DNA of 64,000 nucleotides, taken from assembly GCA_963790025.1 (NCBI GenBank), contig CAWBMP010000004.1:1056001-1120000 (forward strand), written 5' to 3'. The stretch comes from Nitrospirota bacterium (GTDB lineage: Bacteria > Nitrospirota > Thermodesulfovibrionia > Thermodesulfovibrionales > Dissulfurispiraceae). Under the pieces are notes generated by a model. That model ran no database searches and was not told the origin of the DNA. It saw nothing but the letters and a program-made list of their open reading frames with translations. Position numbers and translations under genes: made by a program. Positions 19,694 through 30,184 of this stretch are shown here, in pieces; within the stretch, counting starts at the first letter, position 1, and the number at the start of each line of letters is the position of its first letter.

Positions 19694-20854
19694 TTACCTG
19701 AATTCCACGCCGACAAAGTATTCGTCTTTCTTCGCAGTAATCCACCGTACTATGCCAACAGTTTTGTGTCTATCTCCTATCTGTATTCTTGTGTCTGTAC
19801 CGACTGAAACAGGTGCATGAAGAACGAGCTTGCAGCCGAAAGGAGATATCTCCTTCACTCTTGCTTCCTGTCCTGATTCAACTTTGTCCTTTATAACGAA
19901 ACATCGTGCCTGCATATCGCAAAACGTTCTTCCGGCTTTTCTTCTTTCTATGCCGGCATAAGCTCCCTTTTTATCTATCAATTTCTTATGTGTAAAAGCA
20001 AAAGATCTGTCTTTATAGATATCTGCGCTTTCGATTATCTTTTTGTATCCATACGCATTTACAAAAAAAACGGTTTTAAAATTGTCAGTTTTTGGAATAG
20101 TTTCGGCGGTGCCCAAGAAAAGATAGCCGCCTCTCTTCAGATTCCCGGAACACATATCAATAACTGTTTGCTTGGAATTGTTATCAAAATATATCAGGAC
20201 ATTTCTCAGGAAGATCATATCCATATTGTTGAATTCCTTGCATTTCTCACAATCCATAAGGTTACATGCCTCAGTTACAACTAACTTTTTGACAGTATCG
20301 TTTACCATGAAAAGATTATCCGCCGTCACAGTAAAGTATTTTCTTCTGATCTCATCCGACGTGTTTCTTAGAGAGTATTTATCATACACTCCCCTCCGAC
20401 CTATGGATAGAACGTTCTCATTTAGATCAGTAGCAAATATTTTTATGTCCCATTCAGATATGACATGCCTGAGTTGTTCCGCAAACAGTATTGCGAGTGT
20501 ATATGCTTCATCGCACGAGGATGCTGCAGCCGACCATATCCTGACCTTTTTTTGAACACTATTCATCCCCAGCAGTTCAGGGACGATATTTTTGCTTATA
20601 GCTGTGATTTGATTGTCGTCTCTGAAAAAACATGTTTCATTGACGGTAACAGAATCCAGCAATGACTGCCACTCCTGTCCGCTCTCATTAGAGGAAAGAT
20701 ACCGCATATACTGGCCGGGATTACTGCGGCCGGTATGAGCAATTCTCTGTGACACCTTCGTTTCAAGCGACTGACGGTTCCTGTCTGTAAAGAAAAGGCC
20801 GGATTTTTTGTAAATAAGGTCTCTCAACTCGACAAATTCGTTATCAGAAAACAT
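19694..20854 (-). CDS. cheR: CheR-type methyltransferase fused to a C-terminal PilZ domain
   Basis: TVNETCFFRD, RIWSAAASSCDEAYT, ATDL, IFLRNVLIYFD, GGYLFLG; then ERRKAGR...EISPFG...GIVRW...YFVGVEF. Confidence 0.85.
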   Translation of the reverse strand: MFSDNEFVELRDLIYKKSGLFFTDRNRQSLETKVSQRIAHTGRSNPGQYMRYLSSNESGQEWQSLLDSVTVNETCFFRDDNQITAISKNIVPELLGMNSVQKKVRIWSAAASSCDEAYTLAILFAEQLRHVISEWDIKIFATDLNENVLSIGRRGVYDKYSLRNTSDEIRRKYFTVTADNLFMVNDTVKKLVVTEACNLMDCEKCKEFNNMDMIFLRNVLIYFDNNSKQTVIDMCSGNLKRGGYLFLGTAETIPKTDNFKTVFFVNAYGYKKIIESADIYKDRSFAFTHKKLIDKKGAYAGIERRKAGRTFCDMQARCFVIKDKVESGQEARVKEISPFGCKLVLHAPVSVGTDTRIQIGDRHKTVGIVRWITAKKDEYFVGVEFR

Positions 20855-20877
20855 TCAGGCAACCTTTCTTTGTCATA

Positions 20878-21753
20878 TTATTTCATGCCTTGAGCAAGCA
20901 CTCCAATGTCACTGTCCGCCTTATCAAGATCAAGAACAAACTTCAGCAATATATCTTCATCAAGGTTGGGGACCAAACCCTTAATCATCCTGAATGATTC
21001 GGTCTCTGAAAGCATAACTCCCGTTTTATCCCCGCTAAAACCGAACCCCTTGACCCTTGCCATATGGTTTGAAAGCGCCGTTACTGCCACAAGGGCCTTA
21101 TGTTCATTTGTTGTATCTATTACGGAATGATGTTTCGAGACTGCCTCTGTCAGGCCACTTGAAAAACCCCATTTCTCTATTAGCCAGCCGCCAACAGTTG
21201 CATGTGATACGCCCATGGTGAGGACCTCAGCCTCATAAAGCGAGATATTGGAATCGTGGGTGAGCTTAATTACCTTTGAATAGATGTCATGGAAAAATCT
21301 GTCAAGCACTATTATCCCGACATCATGCACAAGGCCGGCTAAATATGCTTCCTCATGTATTTTTAAGTCGAAGGTTTTGCTGAAAATACCGGCTATCAGA
21401 GCAGTTGCCATTGAATGTTTCCAAAATGCCAGGGTATCTATGAGCCACGCAAGGCGATTTATTGCGCCGCCAATAATTGCAGACCTGCAAATGGCTTGGA
21501 GATTTTGGATGCCGATCAGTTCAATAGCATGATCGATCGAAGAAACCTTGAATGGAAGTCCGTAATAAACAGAGTTAACTGATCTTAATACATTTATACT
21601 TAGAGAAGGGTCTTTTTCTATGATATCGCTCAATGCATTGATATTCAGGTTTTCCTGGTCCATCAACCGCAGCAAATCAGACACATTATGCTCAAGCGCA
21701 GGAAGAGCTTTCTTTATCTCATCGACCCTGACTTTAAACTTATCTATAAACAT
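20878..21753 (-). CDS. HDOD-domain signalling protein
   Basis: LPAL, IEKDPSLS..VLR.VNS.YYG, FWKHS, AYLAGLVHDVG, HATVGGWLIEKW. Confidence 0.9.
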   Translation of the reverse strand: MFIDKFKVRVDEIKKALPALEHNVSDLLRLMDQENLNINALSDIIEKDPSLSINVLRSVNSVYYGLPFKVSSIDHAIELIGIQNLQAICRSAIIGGAINRLAWLIDTLAFWKHSMATALIAGIFSKTFDLKIHEEAYLAGLVHDVGIIVLDRFFHDIYSKVIKLTHDSNISLYEAEVLTMGVSHATVGGWLIEKWGFSSGLTEAVSKHHSVIDTTNEHKALVAVTALSNHMARVKGFGFSGDKTGVMLSETESFRMIKGLVPNLDEDILLKFVLDLDKADSDIGVLAQGMK

Positions 21754-21764
21754 ATAGCGTATTT

Positions 21765-23435
21765 CTATGCCCGCCCGGTGACCTTAAATTGGCTCATGTC
21801 CTCGTTAAGAACTAATGTAAGATTTAATAAATTGGTCGCCTCCTGTTTTATTTGGGCAGATGCGGTGCTTGTCTCCTTTGACACCGTTGCCACCACCTCG
21901 ATGTCACCGCTTATTTGTTCCGAAACACTTGACATCTCCTCTGTTGCTGACGCTATCTGCTGTACCATCGACTGAAGCCCGCCCACGCTCTCAAGTATCT
22001 TGTGAAGACTGACCCCGGCCTGGGTGGCGAGGTCCACCCCTACCACTACCTTCTTTGCACCCTCCTCCATGGACCCGACGGCTGTATCCGCCACCTGCTG
22101 TATCGCCCTTATCATGTCTCCTATTTCCGAGGTCGAATGCGCGGTCTTTTCAGCAAGCTTTCTCACTTCATCCGCAACCACCGCAAATCCTCTTCCCTGC
22201 TCCCCTGCACGTGCGGCCTCGATTGCGGCATTCAGCGCCAGAAGGTTCGTCTGGTCAGCTATGTCCTTTATCACATTAACGATGGCCCCTATTTCCTTTG
22301 ATTTCTCTCCAAGTGACTTCATTGTCTGCGCAAGACCTTCAACCGTATTTGCTATTTCCTGTACCTCCTCCACGGTTTTGTTCACAACGTTAGCCCCCTC
22401 ATTTGCTGTTCTTGAAGTGTCTGTTGCAGCTTCTGAAATGTTTGACGCATTTCTTGCTATATCAATCACTGTTTGGGACATCTCTGCTGAGGCTGTTGCA
22501 ACCTGTTCTGCCCTCGACACCTGCTCCCCCACCCGTTGAGTCAACTGAACAACTGTTGCGGAAAACTCTTCCGACGAGGACGCAAGACGATTGGAAGTGT
22601 CCGAGAGATCACCTATTATTTTTTTCAGGGACTTCTTCATGTTGTTAAGGGCTTCAGCAAGAACGCCGACTTCATCTGCAGACTTTATGTCGAGATCGTC
22701 GCAGGACAAATCGCCACGCGCTATCATATCAGCCATGCCGATGCTTTTCCTGAGCGGGGCGATGATGCGAACGGTTATAAAAAATCCCGCAAAGAAATTT
22801 GCGGCCGATATGCAGATCATAAATGCTACGGCAACCCAAAGAATATTTTTTAAAACTATGATTACATCATCCCGATAAATTCCGGTGCCGACGATCCATC
22901 CCCAATTCTTGTAAAGCTTTATGTAAGAAACCTTCGGGACCGGTTTGGACTCTCCGGGCTTGGGCCACATATAATCTACAAAACCTTCTCCTTTGTCCTT
23001 GCATACTTTCACCATCTCGATGAAAATGTGTTTGCCGTTCGGGTCCACATTATCAGTCAGCTCCTTTCCATCCAGTTCGGGTTTTATAGGGTGCATTATC
23101 ATCGTCGGATGCATATCGTTTATCCACAAATATTCCTGGTTGTTATAGCCGTACCGCAAATTCTGTATTCTTTCCTTTGCCCTCTGCTGGGCCTCTTCCA
23201 CCGTCAATTCACCTTTCTGAACACGCCTGCCATATTCATCCATCAGATTATAAGCCAGGCTCACTATGTTTTGTATACCCGTTTGTTTCTCGACTATTAA
23301 CTTTCCATTAATATAAGGCAGCAGAAACAATAAACCAATCAAGACGAATAGCACAGACATAAAAGGCATGATCGATATTTTCCAGCGCATAGACCAATCA
23401 CTGAAATTGAAAAAACGCCCGATGTTTCTTGCCAT
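21765..23435 (-). CDS. Methyl-accepting chemotaxis protein (Cache sensor, HAMP, MCP signal domain)
   Basis: YLWIND...MHP.KPEL.GK Cache motif; [38 protein letters not shown]. Confidence 0.95.
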   Translation of the reverse strand: MARNIGRFFNFSDWSMRWKISIMPFMSVLFVLIGLLFLLPYINGKLIVEKQTGIQNIVSLAYNLMDEYGRRVQKGELTVEEAQQRAKERIQNLRYGYNNQEYLWINDMHPTMIMHPIKPELDGKELTDNVDPNGKHIFIEMVKVCKDKGEGFVDYMWPKPGESKPVPKVSYIKLYKNWGWIVGTGIYRDDVIIVLKNILWVAVAFMICISAANFFAGFFITVRIIAPLRKSIGMADMIARGDLSCDDLDIKSADEVGVLAEALNNMKKSLKKIIGDLSDTSNRLASSSEEFSATVVQLTQRVGEQVSRAEQVATASAEMSQTVIDIARNASNISEAATDTSRTANEGANVVNKTVEEVQEIANTVEGLAQTMKSLGEKSKEIGAIVNVIKDIADQTNLLALNAAIEAARAGEQGRGFAVVADEVRKLAEKTAHSTSEIGDMIRAIQQVADTAVGSMEEGAKKVVVGVDLATQAGVSLHKILESVGGLQSMVQQIASATEEMSSVSEQISGDIEVVATVSKETSTASAQIKQEATNLLNLTLVLNEDMSQFKVTGRA

Positions 23436-23543
23436 CTTGTTTTACCTCCAGTTGGTACTGCTCATGGTTAAGTAGAACCCCACCGATCTATCTGCCTTGT
23501 CTATTAGCTTTCCATGATACGACTATCTTTTCAGCACATTTAT

Positions 23544-23930
23544 CTAATTTAAGGATTTTGGATAATGCTGCAAATATTCTCCCTCACATTGTTCAAATAA
23601 TAAAATACTTTCAGCATATTTGAAATGTACTCTAAATATGTTTGTCTCGAGTTCACGTTGCGATGCTCCCAAAGCTCTGAATGCTTCAATATATTCATTC
23701 AGGCTTTCAAACAGCCCTTCAAGACTTTCTCTGAAAACATTACAATTCTTTTTTATGGCAATGCTTCGTTGCCTGGATTCATCTATGAGAGATTTATATT
23801 GTTCTTTGTCACTCTCAGACAGAGTTGCAATATAGTCTTCCAAATTATGATATCTCACTTCGCTCCTGTAGCATCCCAAAATTAAATGCCAAGCTGTCTG
23901 TATCCTTTTAGGCAACCGGGGCATCTTCAT
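23544..23930 (-). CDS. Hypothetical helical protein; start uncertain because it overlaps the riboswitch-like element
   Basis: 128-aa ORF co-oriented with MCP; no family recognised. Confidence 0.4.
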   Translation of the reverse strand: MKMPRLPKRIQTAWHLILGCYRSEVRYHNLEDYIATLSESDKEQYKSLIDESRQRSIAIKKNCNVFRESLEGLFESLNEYIEAFRALGASQRELETNIFRVHFKYAESILLFEQCEGEYLQHYPKSLN

Positions 23931-23996
23931 TACAATTAAGATCCGAAGCTTTCCGCCTCCTTCCTCCTTAGGAGGGTGTCGGCCTTTGCTGCGATA
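23909..23996 (-). ncRNA. Degenerate c-di-GMP-I (GEMM)-like riboswitch
   Basis: Minus strand ...CCTCC-TAA-GGAGG..GGCGGAAAGCTTCGGATCTT..AAGATGCCCCGGTTGCC resembles the GEMM core; upstream of MCP-HDOD-cheR. Confidence 0.5.
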
Positions 23997-24088
23997 AATG
24001 AATTTTTTTGCCTATGGTATGTTAAGATAACGTATCCTGAGTATCAATATTAATTAAATATTAGGGTAATATTAGCTTAAAACTAATA

Positions 24089-24964
24089 TTATTTAATTGA
24101 CAATAAATATGTTCTTAGGTTGGTTTTTGTGTTATTTAAGCCAAGCTTTGCCCTTATATTATTTCTGTGGAAGTCGACTGCCGCCTTTGATATATTTAAA
24201 ATTTCTGCAATTTCCTTGGATCTTTTCCCTTCTTTGATAAAATTAATTACCCCAATTTCTGCCTGAGTGAGGTTTTGATATTGAGATGATAATCTCATTG
24301 AAAATGGTGAGATGATCTCAAGAAGACTGGATTCAAGAAGGTTAAGGTAGGATGCATATCTCTGGTCTGCCTCACCTTTCTTCAATTGTTCTATACATGG
24401 CAAGATGATTTTTTGTACGTTTGAAATAATGCGATTTTCAAGTTCTTTCTTGTCTTCCTCTCTCTGTTTCAGCAACACCTTCAGTGCAGTGTTTGCATCC
24501 GAAAGTTCATTTGTTCTTCTCCAGACCCTTTCTTCTAATTCATCGTGTGCTTTCTGTAGCTCTATTGTCAGTTGTGCCTTTTCCCGGTCTATTTTATATT
24601 TATGGAGAGCAACTTCTACCACAATTCGCAATTCTTTTGTTGTGAATGGTTTCAAAATATATCCATACGGTTCGGTTATCTTCGCTCTTTCAATGATATT
24701 TTCTTCGGAGTGGGCTGTAAGGTATATCACCGGCACGCCATAGTCTTTATTCATGCGACAGGCAGTCTCAATCCCGTCCATCTTCCCCTGCAGACTTATA
24801 TCCATCAATACCAGGTCGGGTCCCGCTTCTTTGATGCCCTCAAGTGCCTCTTTTCCGGAAGCATAGGTGCCCACAACAGCATAGCCCATTTCTTCCAGGT
24901 CGCTCTTTATTCGCAACGCCAGTATGCCTTCGTCCTCAACTATCAGTATTCTCTTCTTTTCCAT
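24089..24964 (-). CDS. Response regulator (REC, coiled coil, LuxR HTH)
   Basis: ILIVEDE, DLVLMDI, YILKPF; LT.AE..VI.FIKEGKRSKEIAEIL.IS..AV.FHR.NIR.KLG. Confidence 0.92.
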   Translation of the reverse strand: MEKKRILIVEDEGILALRIKSDLEEMGYAVVGTYASGKEALEGIKEAGPDLVLMDISLQGKMDGIETACRMNKDYGVPVIYLTAHSEENIIERAKITEPYGYILKPFTTKELRIVVEVALHKYKIDREKAQLTIELQKAHDELEERVWRRTNELSDANTALKVLLKQREEDKKELENRIISNVQKIILPCIEQLKKGEADQRYASYLNLLESSLLEIISPFSMRLSSQYQNLTQAEIGVINFIKEGKRSKEIAEILNISKAAVDFHRNNIRAKLGLNNTKTNLRTYLLSIK

Positions 24965-27900
24965 CTTTATTTCCTATTGTGAACGTTACGAGAGCTTCAG
25001 TCCCTCCATCACTTATTAGTTGCAGGGTCCCCATTAGCTGCTTGGCCAAAACATCCACGAGCTGAAATCCCAGAGTAGTTGTTTCTTTATAATCAAATCC
25101 TTCCGGCAAGCCAACTCCGTTGTCTTTGATCGTCAACGCATAGGTGTTCTCCGCCCTTGTAAAATAGACGCTTAATACCCCCCTTCTATTGTCAGGGAAT
25201 GCATACTTAAAGGCATTGGTGAGGAGTTCATTAATTATTAGTCCGCATGGGACTGCCGACTCCAGGTCAAATTCTATGTCCTCAATGTTGAGGACCATTG
25301 TGATCAAGTTGTCGTCGATATGGTACAGGGCCATTATCTCCTGAATTATTGAGTTGATGTGGTCCTTAAAGTTAATGGATGATAAATCTTTTGTCCCGCA
25401 GAGTTTTTCATGCACCAAAGATATTGACTTAACCCTCTGCTGGCTCTCTTCAAATAGGTGCTTTATATTGGGGTCTTTTATAGCGTTTGCCTGCAAAGCA
25501 AGAAGGCTCGATACTACTGCCATGTTGTTCTTGACTCTGTGATGAATCTCTCTGAGAAGGGTCTCCTTTTCTCTGAGTGATTGCCTTATCTGCTTCTCGG
25601 CGTGTTTGCGATCAGTAATGTCGCGACAGATGCTTAACATGGCGGGTCTGCCTTCGTATTCAACAATGCGGCAGTTGATTTCCGTGGGAATCACCGTGCC
25701 GTCGCGTTTCATTTGAGCGGTTTCGAATATGAGTTCGCCATCTTTCTGTATCTTATTAATGCGCTGGCTCACCAGGTCTGTATATTCAGGCGTATCTAAA
25801 TCAGCTGGCTTCATCCGTAACAGTTCCTCTTTATTATAGCCAAGACGATCGCAGGCTACATTATTGGCCTCAACTATATGCCCCGGCAAATCAAGGATCA
25901 ATATCGCGTCGTTTATACTGTTGAAAAGGGATTTGAATTTTTTCTCTGATATTATTAATGCCTCTTCAGTATGTTTCCTGTCGGTGTAGTCATCGACAGC
26001 TACGATAACATTCGGCTGGCCGTCAAACTGATAAGGTTCTGCGCTGATGCTCAGCCAGCGCTGTTGGGGGATGCCACTGACAAGCAATTTGAGATTTATC
26101 AGTACCCCGTGCATTTTCGACCCTTCGGCTATTACATTTTCTATGCCTCTGCGTAAGTTGCAATCGGGACATGACATGGAGAAACCGCAGCCTCTCGGGT
26201 CCTCAAGGCTGTGAATACAACCTAACCCTCCACCGGCGCGCATCCCGATAACTTCTGCCGGCTCACGCACCACCATCCCTCTGATGGCCTCGTTTGCCCG
26301 AGTGATGACCGTCTCTCTGTTCAGCAATAGAAGACCCACAGGCGCAGCCGAGAATATTCTCAAAAAATTCTCATGGTCTTTTTTAAGCTGCCCCACTATG
26401 CGCTTGTGTTCGGTGACGTCTCTGGTTATGCCGAGCAAGGCAACAATCTCGTCTTTATCATTACGCAACGGGACCGCATGAGTTTCAAACCAAATATGCG
26501 CGCCTTTAAGACCAATAGCCTCAAACTCAAGAGTTCCTGATTCGCCTCCGAAAACATCTTCGGTCAACGACTTGAATGCCCCCCGATATTCCTCGGTCAC
26601 CAATGTATAAACACTCTGTCCTTTAATTTGCTCCAGGCAATCGGCCTCTATCATCGAAAGTCCCGCACGGTTCATTTGAAGGACCCTACCATTGGCATCG
26701 AGCAGTTTAACGCATTCCGGCTCGGTTTCAATAATTGTTTGCAGGAATTTTTCACTTTCTACAAGTGCTTTCTCGGCCCGCTTGCGTTTAGTGATGTCCT
26801 CCACCATGGTTATGAAATAAAGGGGTTCATTAGTTTCTGAACTTAGAAGGGAGACAGTTAAATTGACCCATAAAATGCCGCCACTCTTACTCAAGTAGCG
26901 TTTCTCTATTGAAAAAAACAATATCTTTCTCTTGAGCAACTGCTCGGCCTGTTCAGTATCCTTCCCTGCATCGTCAGGATAGGTAATGTCACAGACTGAT
27001 TTTGTAGTGAGTTCTTCTTCTGAGTAACCGACGAGCTGACACATTCTGTCGTTTACCTTTTTGTACCGTAAGTCCAGCCCAACCATTGCCATTCCGAGCG
27101 GTCCATTTTCAAAGATCTTCCGGAACCGTTCTTCGGTCTCGCGAAGAGTCTGTTCGGCACGTTTGCGTTCGGCAATATTTTGTCTGAGCTCTTTATTAAG
27201 CTTTATAATTGTCAGATACCGCCATAATGCCATGCCGCCAACAGTTATAAACAGAAAAATGCCACCCACGGTGACTATTCTCTTAGTTGTCCAATAAGGG
27301 ATCGGCTTGCCGTACCATTTCATATAAATCTGCTGATATTCAGGACCTCCCACAAAACCTCCTATCGTCCTGTTCAGCAGTTCAAGCAATGCAACGTTGT
27401 CCTTGCGCACTGCAATGCACCTCTTAGCTTCGTCAAGTGGCTTACCGACCTTTTTTATGCGCCCTTCTAACCCCGACTCTCTGGCAAGTTCCAGAATTAT
27501 TGATTCCGGGCCTGCGAACAAATCGATCTTCCCGGCTAAAAGAGCAAAAAGAGCTTCCTGTAAATTATCATTTTGGACAAAACTTATATTTGGGCGATCC
27601 TTCAGCTTGTCATAGGTAGCGCTTTTTTTCAAAAGTCCCACCGTAATTCCCTCGGGCAATCTATCTGCATCTATACTGCTTTGAGAACGAACAAAAAAGG
27701 AGATGTAGGATATATCAATCGGAGTGGTAAACAGGAGGTCCTTTTTGCGCTCTTCGCTGATAATCATACCACTGAGGTCCGCTTCGCCTCTTTCCACCTT
27801 ATCTATTATCGACGGCCAGCTATTGTCACACATATAATATACTTGAAGCCCCGCACGTTCAGCGACTTTGTCCATAACATCAACAAAAAAGCCTGTTGGT

Positions 27901-28094
27901 TTGCCGGTTCTATTATCCAAAAAATTTGTTGGCGGATAATCACAGCGGATGACAGCAATAACCTTCTTCGGAACAGAAGACGCATGATAAGGTGCAGTCC
28001 GGGCATTTTCACCTGCTGATTGAGCAGCAGATACAAGTAATGACAGTATAGCTAAAATTAGTGATATTTTAGAGCTATGAGATTTACCTTTCAC
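24936..28094 (-). CDS. Sensor kinase: periplasmic solute-binding (family 3) domain, TM, four PAS domains, HisKA_2/HATPase
   Basis: DYPP..G..TGFFVDV PBPb motif; repeated PAS/PAC ends (EDITKRK, RDVTEHK, DDYTDRK, RDITDRK); EIHHRVKNN; NELLTNAFKYAF; DNGVG. Confidence 0.92.
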   Translation of the reverse strand: MKGKSHSSKISLILAILSLLVSAAQSAGENARTAPYHASSVPKKVIAVIRCDYPPTNFLDNRTGKPTGFFVDVMDKVAERAGLQVYYMCDNSWPSIIDKVERGEADLSGMIISEERKKDLLFTTPIDISYISFFVRSQSSIDADRLPEGITVGLLKKSATYDKLKDRPNISFVQNDNLQEALFALLAGKIDLFAGPESIILELARESGLEGRIKKVGKPLDEAKRCIAVRKDNVALLELLNRTIGGFVGGPEYQQIYMKWYGKPIPYWTTKRIVTVGGIFLFITVGGMALWRYLTIIKLNKELRQNIAERKRAEQTLRETEERFRKIFENGPLGMAMVGLDLRYKKVNDRMCQLVGYSEEELTTKSVCDITYPDDAGKDTEQAEQLLKRKILFFSIEKRYLSKSGGILWVNLTVSLLSSETNEPLYFITMVEDITKRKRAEKALVESEKFLQTIIETEPECVKLLDANGRVLQMNRAGLSMIEADCLEQIKGQSVYTLVTEEYRGAFKSLTEDVFGGESGTLEFEAIGLKGAHIWFETHAVPLRNDKDEIVALLGITRDVTEHKRIVGQLKKDHENFLRIFSAAPVGLLLLNRETVITRANEAIRGMVVREPAEVIGMRAGGGLGCIHSLEDPRGCGFSMSCPDCNLRRGIENVIAEGSKMHGVLINLKLLVSGIPQQRWLSISAEPYQFDGQPNVIVAVDDYTDRKHTEEALIISEKKFKSLFNSINDAILILDLPGHIVEANNVACDRLGYNKEELLRMKPADLDTPEYTDLVSQRINKIQKDGELIFETAQMKRDGTVIPTEINCRIVEYEGRPAMLSICRDITDRKHAEKQIRQSLREKETLLREIHHRVKNNMAVVSSLLALQANAIKDPNIKHLFEESQQRVKSISLVHEKLCGTKDLSSINFKDHINSIIQEIMALYHIDDNLITMVLNIEDIEFDLESAVPCGLIINELLTNAFKYAFPDNRRGVLSVYFTRAENTYALTIKDNGVGLPEGFDYKETTTLGFQLVDVLAKQLMGTLQLISDGGTEALVTFTIGNKDGKEENTDS

Positions 28095-28494
28095 ACCAAT
28101 TCCTCATCAGAAGCGTTTGACTTTACTTAAAAAACCTCTCATTAGTCCAAGTTGCAACAAAATTTCCTTCAATATATTAACAAATAAACATAGTTGTCAA
28201 CACGGGTGGAATTTCCAAACCTTCCAGCTATAATCGATAGTGAAAAATGAAGATTCGCCGAGTAGTTTAAAGAGAAACTATTGCATATTGATGAGCCGTA
28301 CTAGATGAATATTTCGTTATGTAGAACTATCTGAGCTGAACCGCCACTGTGCACATTTTAGAAGAATTTAGTAAACAATGTGTAACTGTTTCCAATCGGA
28401 ACTCTCAGGGCAAACAGGTTCGTAGCGAGTGTTGGTTACCGGAAATATATCGCGGAAGATGATAGCTCGGCATATCCTGCGGTTGTTTAACCTC

Positions 28495-29679
28495 TTATGT
28501 GCCGACTTCTGACTGAAGACCAGGAACAGAATAAATAACGACCCTGTTTCGGCCAGAGCGCTTTGCCTGGTACAGAGCATAGTCGGCAGCAGCAACAAGT
28601 TTCGCCTTTAGGCTGTGCAAGATCGGGTCTTCCTCTTCTTCCGTTAGCCCAGGAGAATTGTCCGGCTTTTCTTCGGTCCACCATTCAGTTAGAGATTGAG
28701 CTACGCCGACGCTCACAGTAACATTCTCTATTCTTTCTCTCTCGTTAGAAGCACCTACTATCGGGAGGGGTTGTTTTGCTATGCGATCACGTATGGTCTC
28801 GGCCGTTGCGGCAGCATCTTCCATGCTTATAGACTGGAAGACCACAGCGAACTCCTCGCCGCCATATCGAGCTGGAATGCCACCTTTGCTAACAGCAACT
28901 TCCTTCATAAGTGCGGCTACTATTCGCAGCGCATTGTCTCCGGTTTGATGGCCATACGTATCGTTGAAGCGTTTGAAATGGTCGATGTCCATCATGAGCA
29001 GACAGATAATTTCCCCTGACGATCTGGCTGTCTTAAAAAGCTTGCCTAGTTGTTCATCAAAACTGCGTCTGTTATAGACCTGTGTCAGCTTATCAATAGA
29101 GGCGATCTTTTCCAGGGCAACGACTTTTTTCTTCCATTGATCGGTTTCTTCAGCCTTCTCCCGCCAGGCAGCAGCCTCTTTTACAAATTTATCCATCATC
29201 TTGGCAGCAGTGGAACTGACCTCCGAAATCATTTTTGCTTTATCCTCATACTGCTCAATGATGCTGATAGTCTCCACTTTCATATTGTCAATATCGGCAA
29301 GTTTTTCTGTAATTCCCGAGCGTCCAAACTCTATGAGGCGCAAATAATTTGTTAGCATCTCCTGAAAGAGTTTCTTCTCAGCTGCCCGAAGTTGCCATTC
29401 TTTCTCTTCGATTTGTTGTTTGACAAAAGCTTCTTCCTTATGAGGTAAGGCATAAATGTCCAGTATTTCAGGAAAGATGGTGTTGTAGAAGGCGGTTGAG
29501 AAGTCTTTTGTCTGTAATATCCGCTTTAGCAGGCTGTGAAACATCTGCTTTTGCTTTTCCGAGAAACAGTCCATTTCCCCGACATCGCGCAAAAAACCTA
29601 AGATGCCGCGCCACTTTATATCCTTGGGGACGCCTGCATCTTCAAAAAGTCGACAAACTTCATTACAGGGTTTTGTCAT
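28495..29679 (-). CDS. Diguanylate cyclase (coiled coil plus GGDEF)
   Basis: DKLTQVYNRR, DIDHFKRFNDTYGHQTGD, ARYGGEEF, AAD.ALYQAK.SGRN. Confidence 0.93.
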   Translation of the reverse strand: MTKPCNEVCRLFEDAGVPKDIKWRGILGFLRDVGEMDCFSEKQKQMFHSLLKRILQTKDFSTAFYNTIFPEILDIYALPHKEEAFVKQQIEEKEWQLRAAEKKLFQEMLTNYLRLIEFGRSGITEKLADIDNMKVETISIIEQYEDKAKMISEVSSTAAKMMDKFVKEAAAWREKAEETDQWKKKVVALEKIASIDKLTQVYNRRSFDEQLGKLFKTARSSGEIICLLMMDIDHFKRFNDTYGHQTGDNALRIVAALMKEVAVSKGGIPARYGGEEFAVVFQSISMEDAAATAETIRDRIAKQPLPIVGASNERERIENVTVSVGVAQSLTEWWTEEKPDNSPGLTEEEEDPILHSLKAKLVAAADYALYQAKRSGRNRVVIYSVPGLQSEVGT

Positions 29680-30184
29680 AATGGATTTCTTCCTTACCGC
29701 CCATGTGCCGTTTAACTATAAGTAGCTATGCTTATGAAAAATCCTTCTCTACCAAAAACATTTTTTGTTTTGCCGTTATTACTTGAAAAGACATTGGAAT
29801 TTTATCATAAATCTCATATCTTTGGGTATGAAAAAAGTGAGGAATCATTCCCAAGCCGCATGGAAAATCTCAACTGGAACTAGACACGTGTTCATCTCTA
29901 TTTTTTCAAAAAGGTTTTTTTAGAAGTTCCGTAGGGGCCAATAGCGCTGGAGCAGTCAAGATTTCTGGGGAAATCTCTCCCCATTCCCCAAATCACTGAA
30001 AGTCTTGGTTTCCAAAAAAAAGAAATTTTGAGATTTTGATAGTAATGAGGTTAAGCGTCATTCCGCAAGCTTCCTTACCTCATCCCCAACTACGGCAAAG
30101 CCCCTGCCCTGCTCGCCGTGCATAGTACAAAAAAGAACTTCTCACTACATGTTTCGCAGCGAAATCCATTGTTCCCCTGCCGGG

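Noticed and set aside
28330..28494. Possible IS terminus (TGAACCGCC) downstream of the GGDEF gene
   Set aside because: Match too short; no partner repeat or transposase remnant.
28495..29679. Hypr-type (cGAMP-making) GGDEF enzyme
   Set aside because: Keeps the canonical Asp in NDTYGHQTGD rather than the Ser/Thr Hypr signature.
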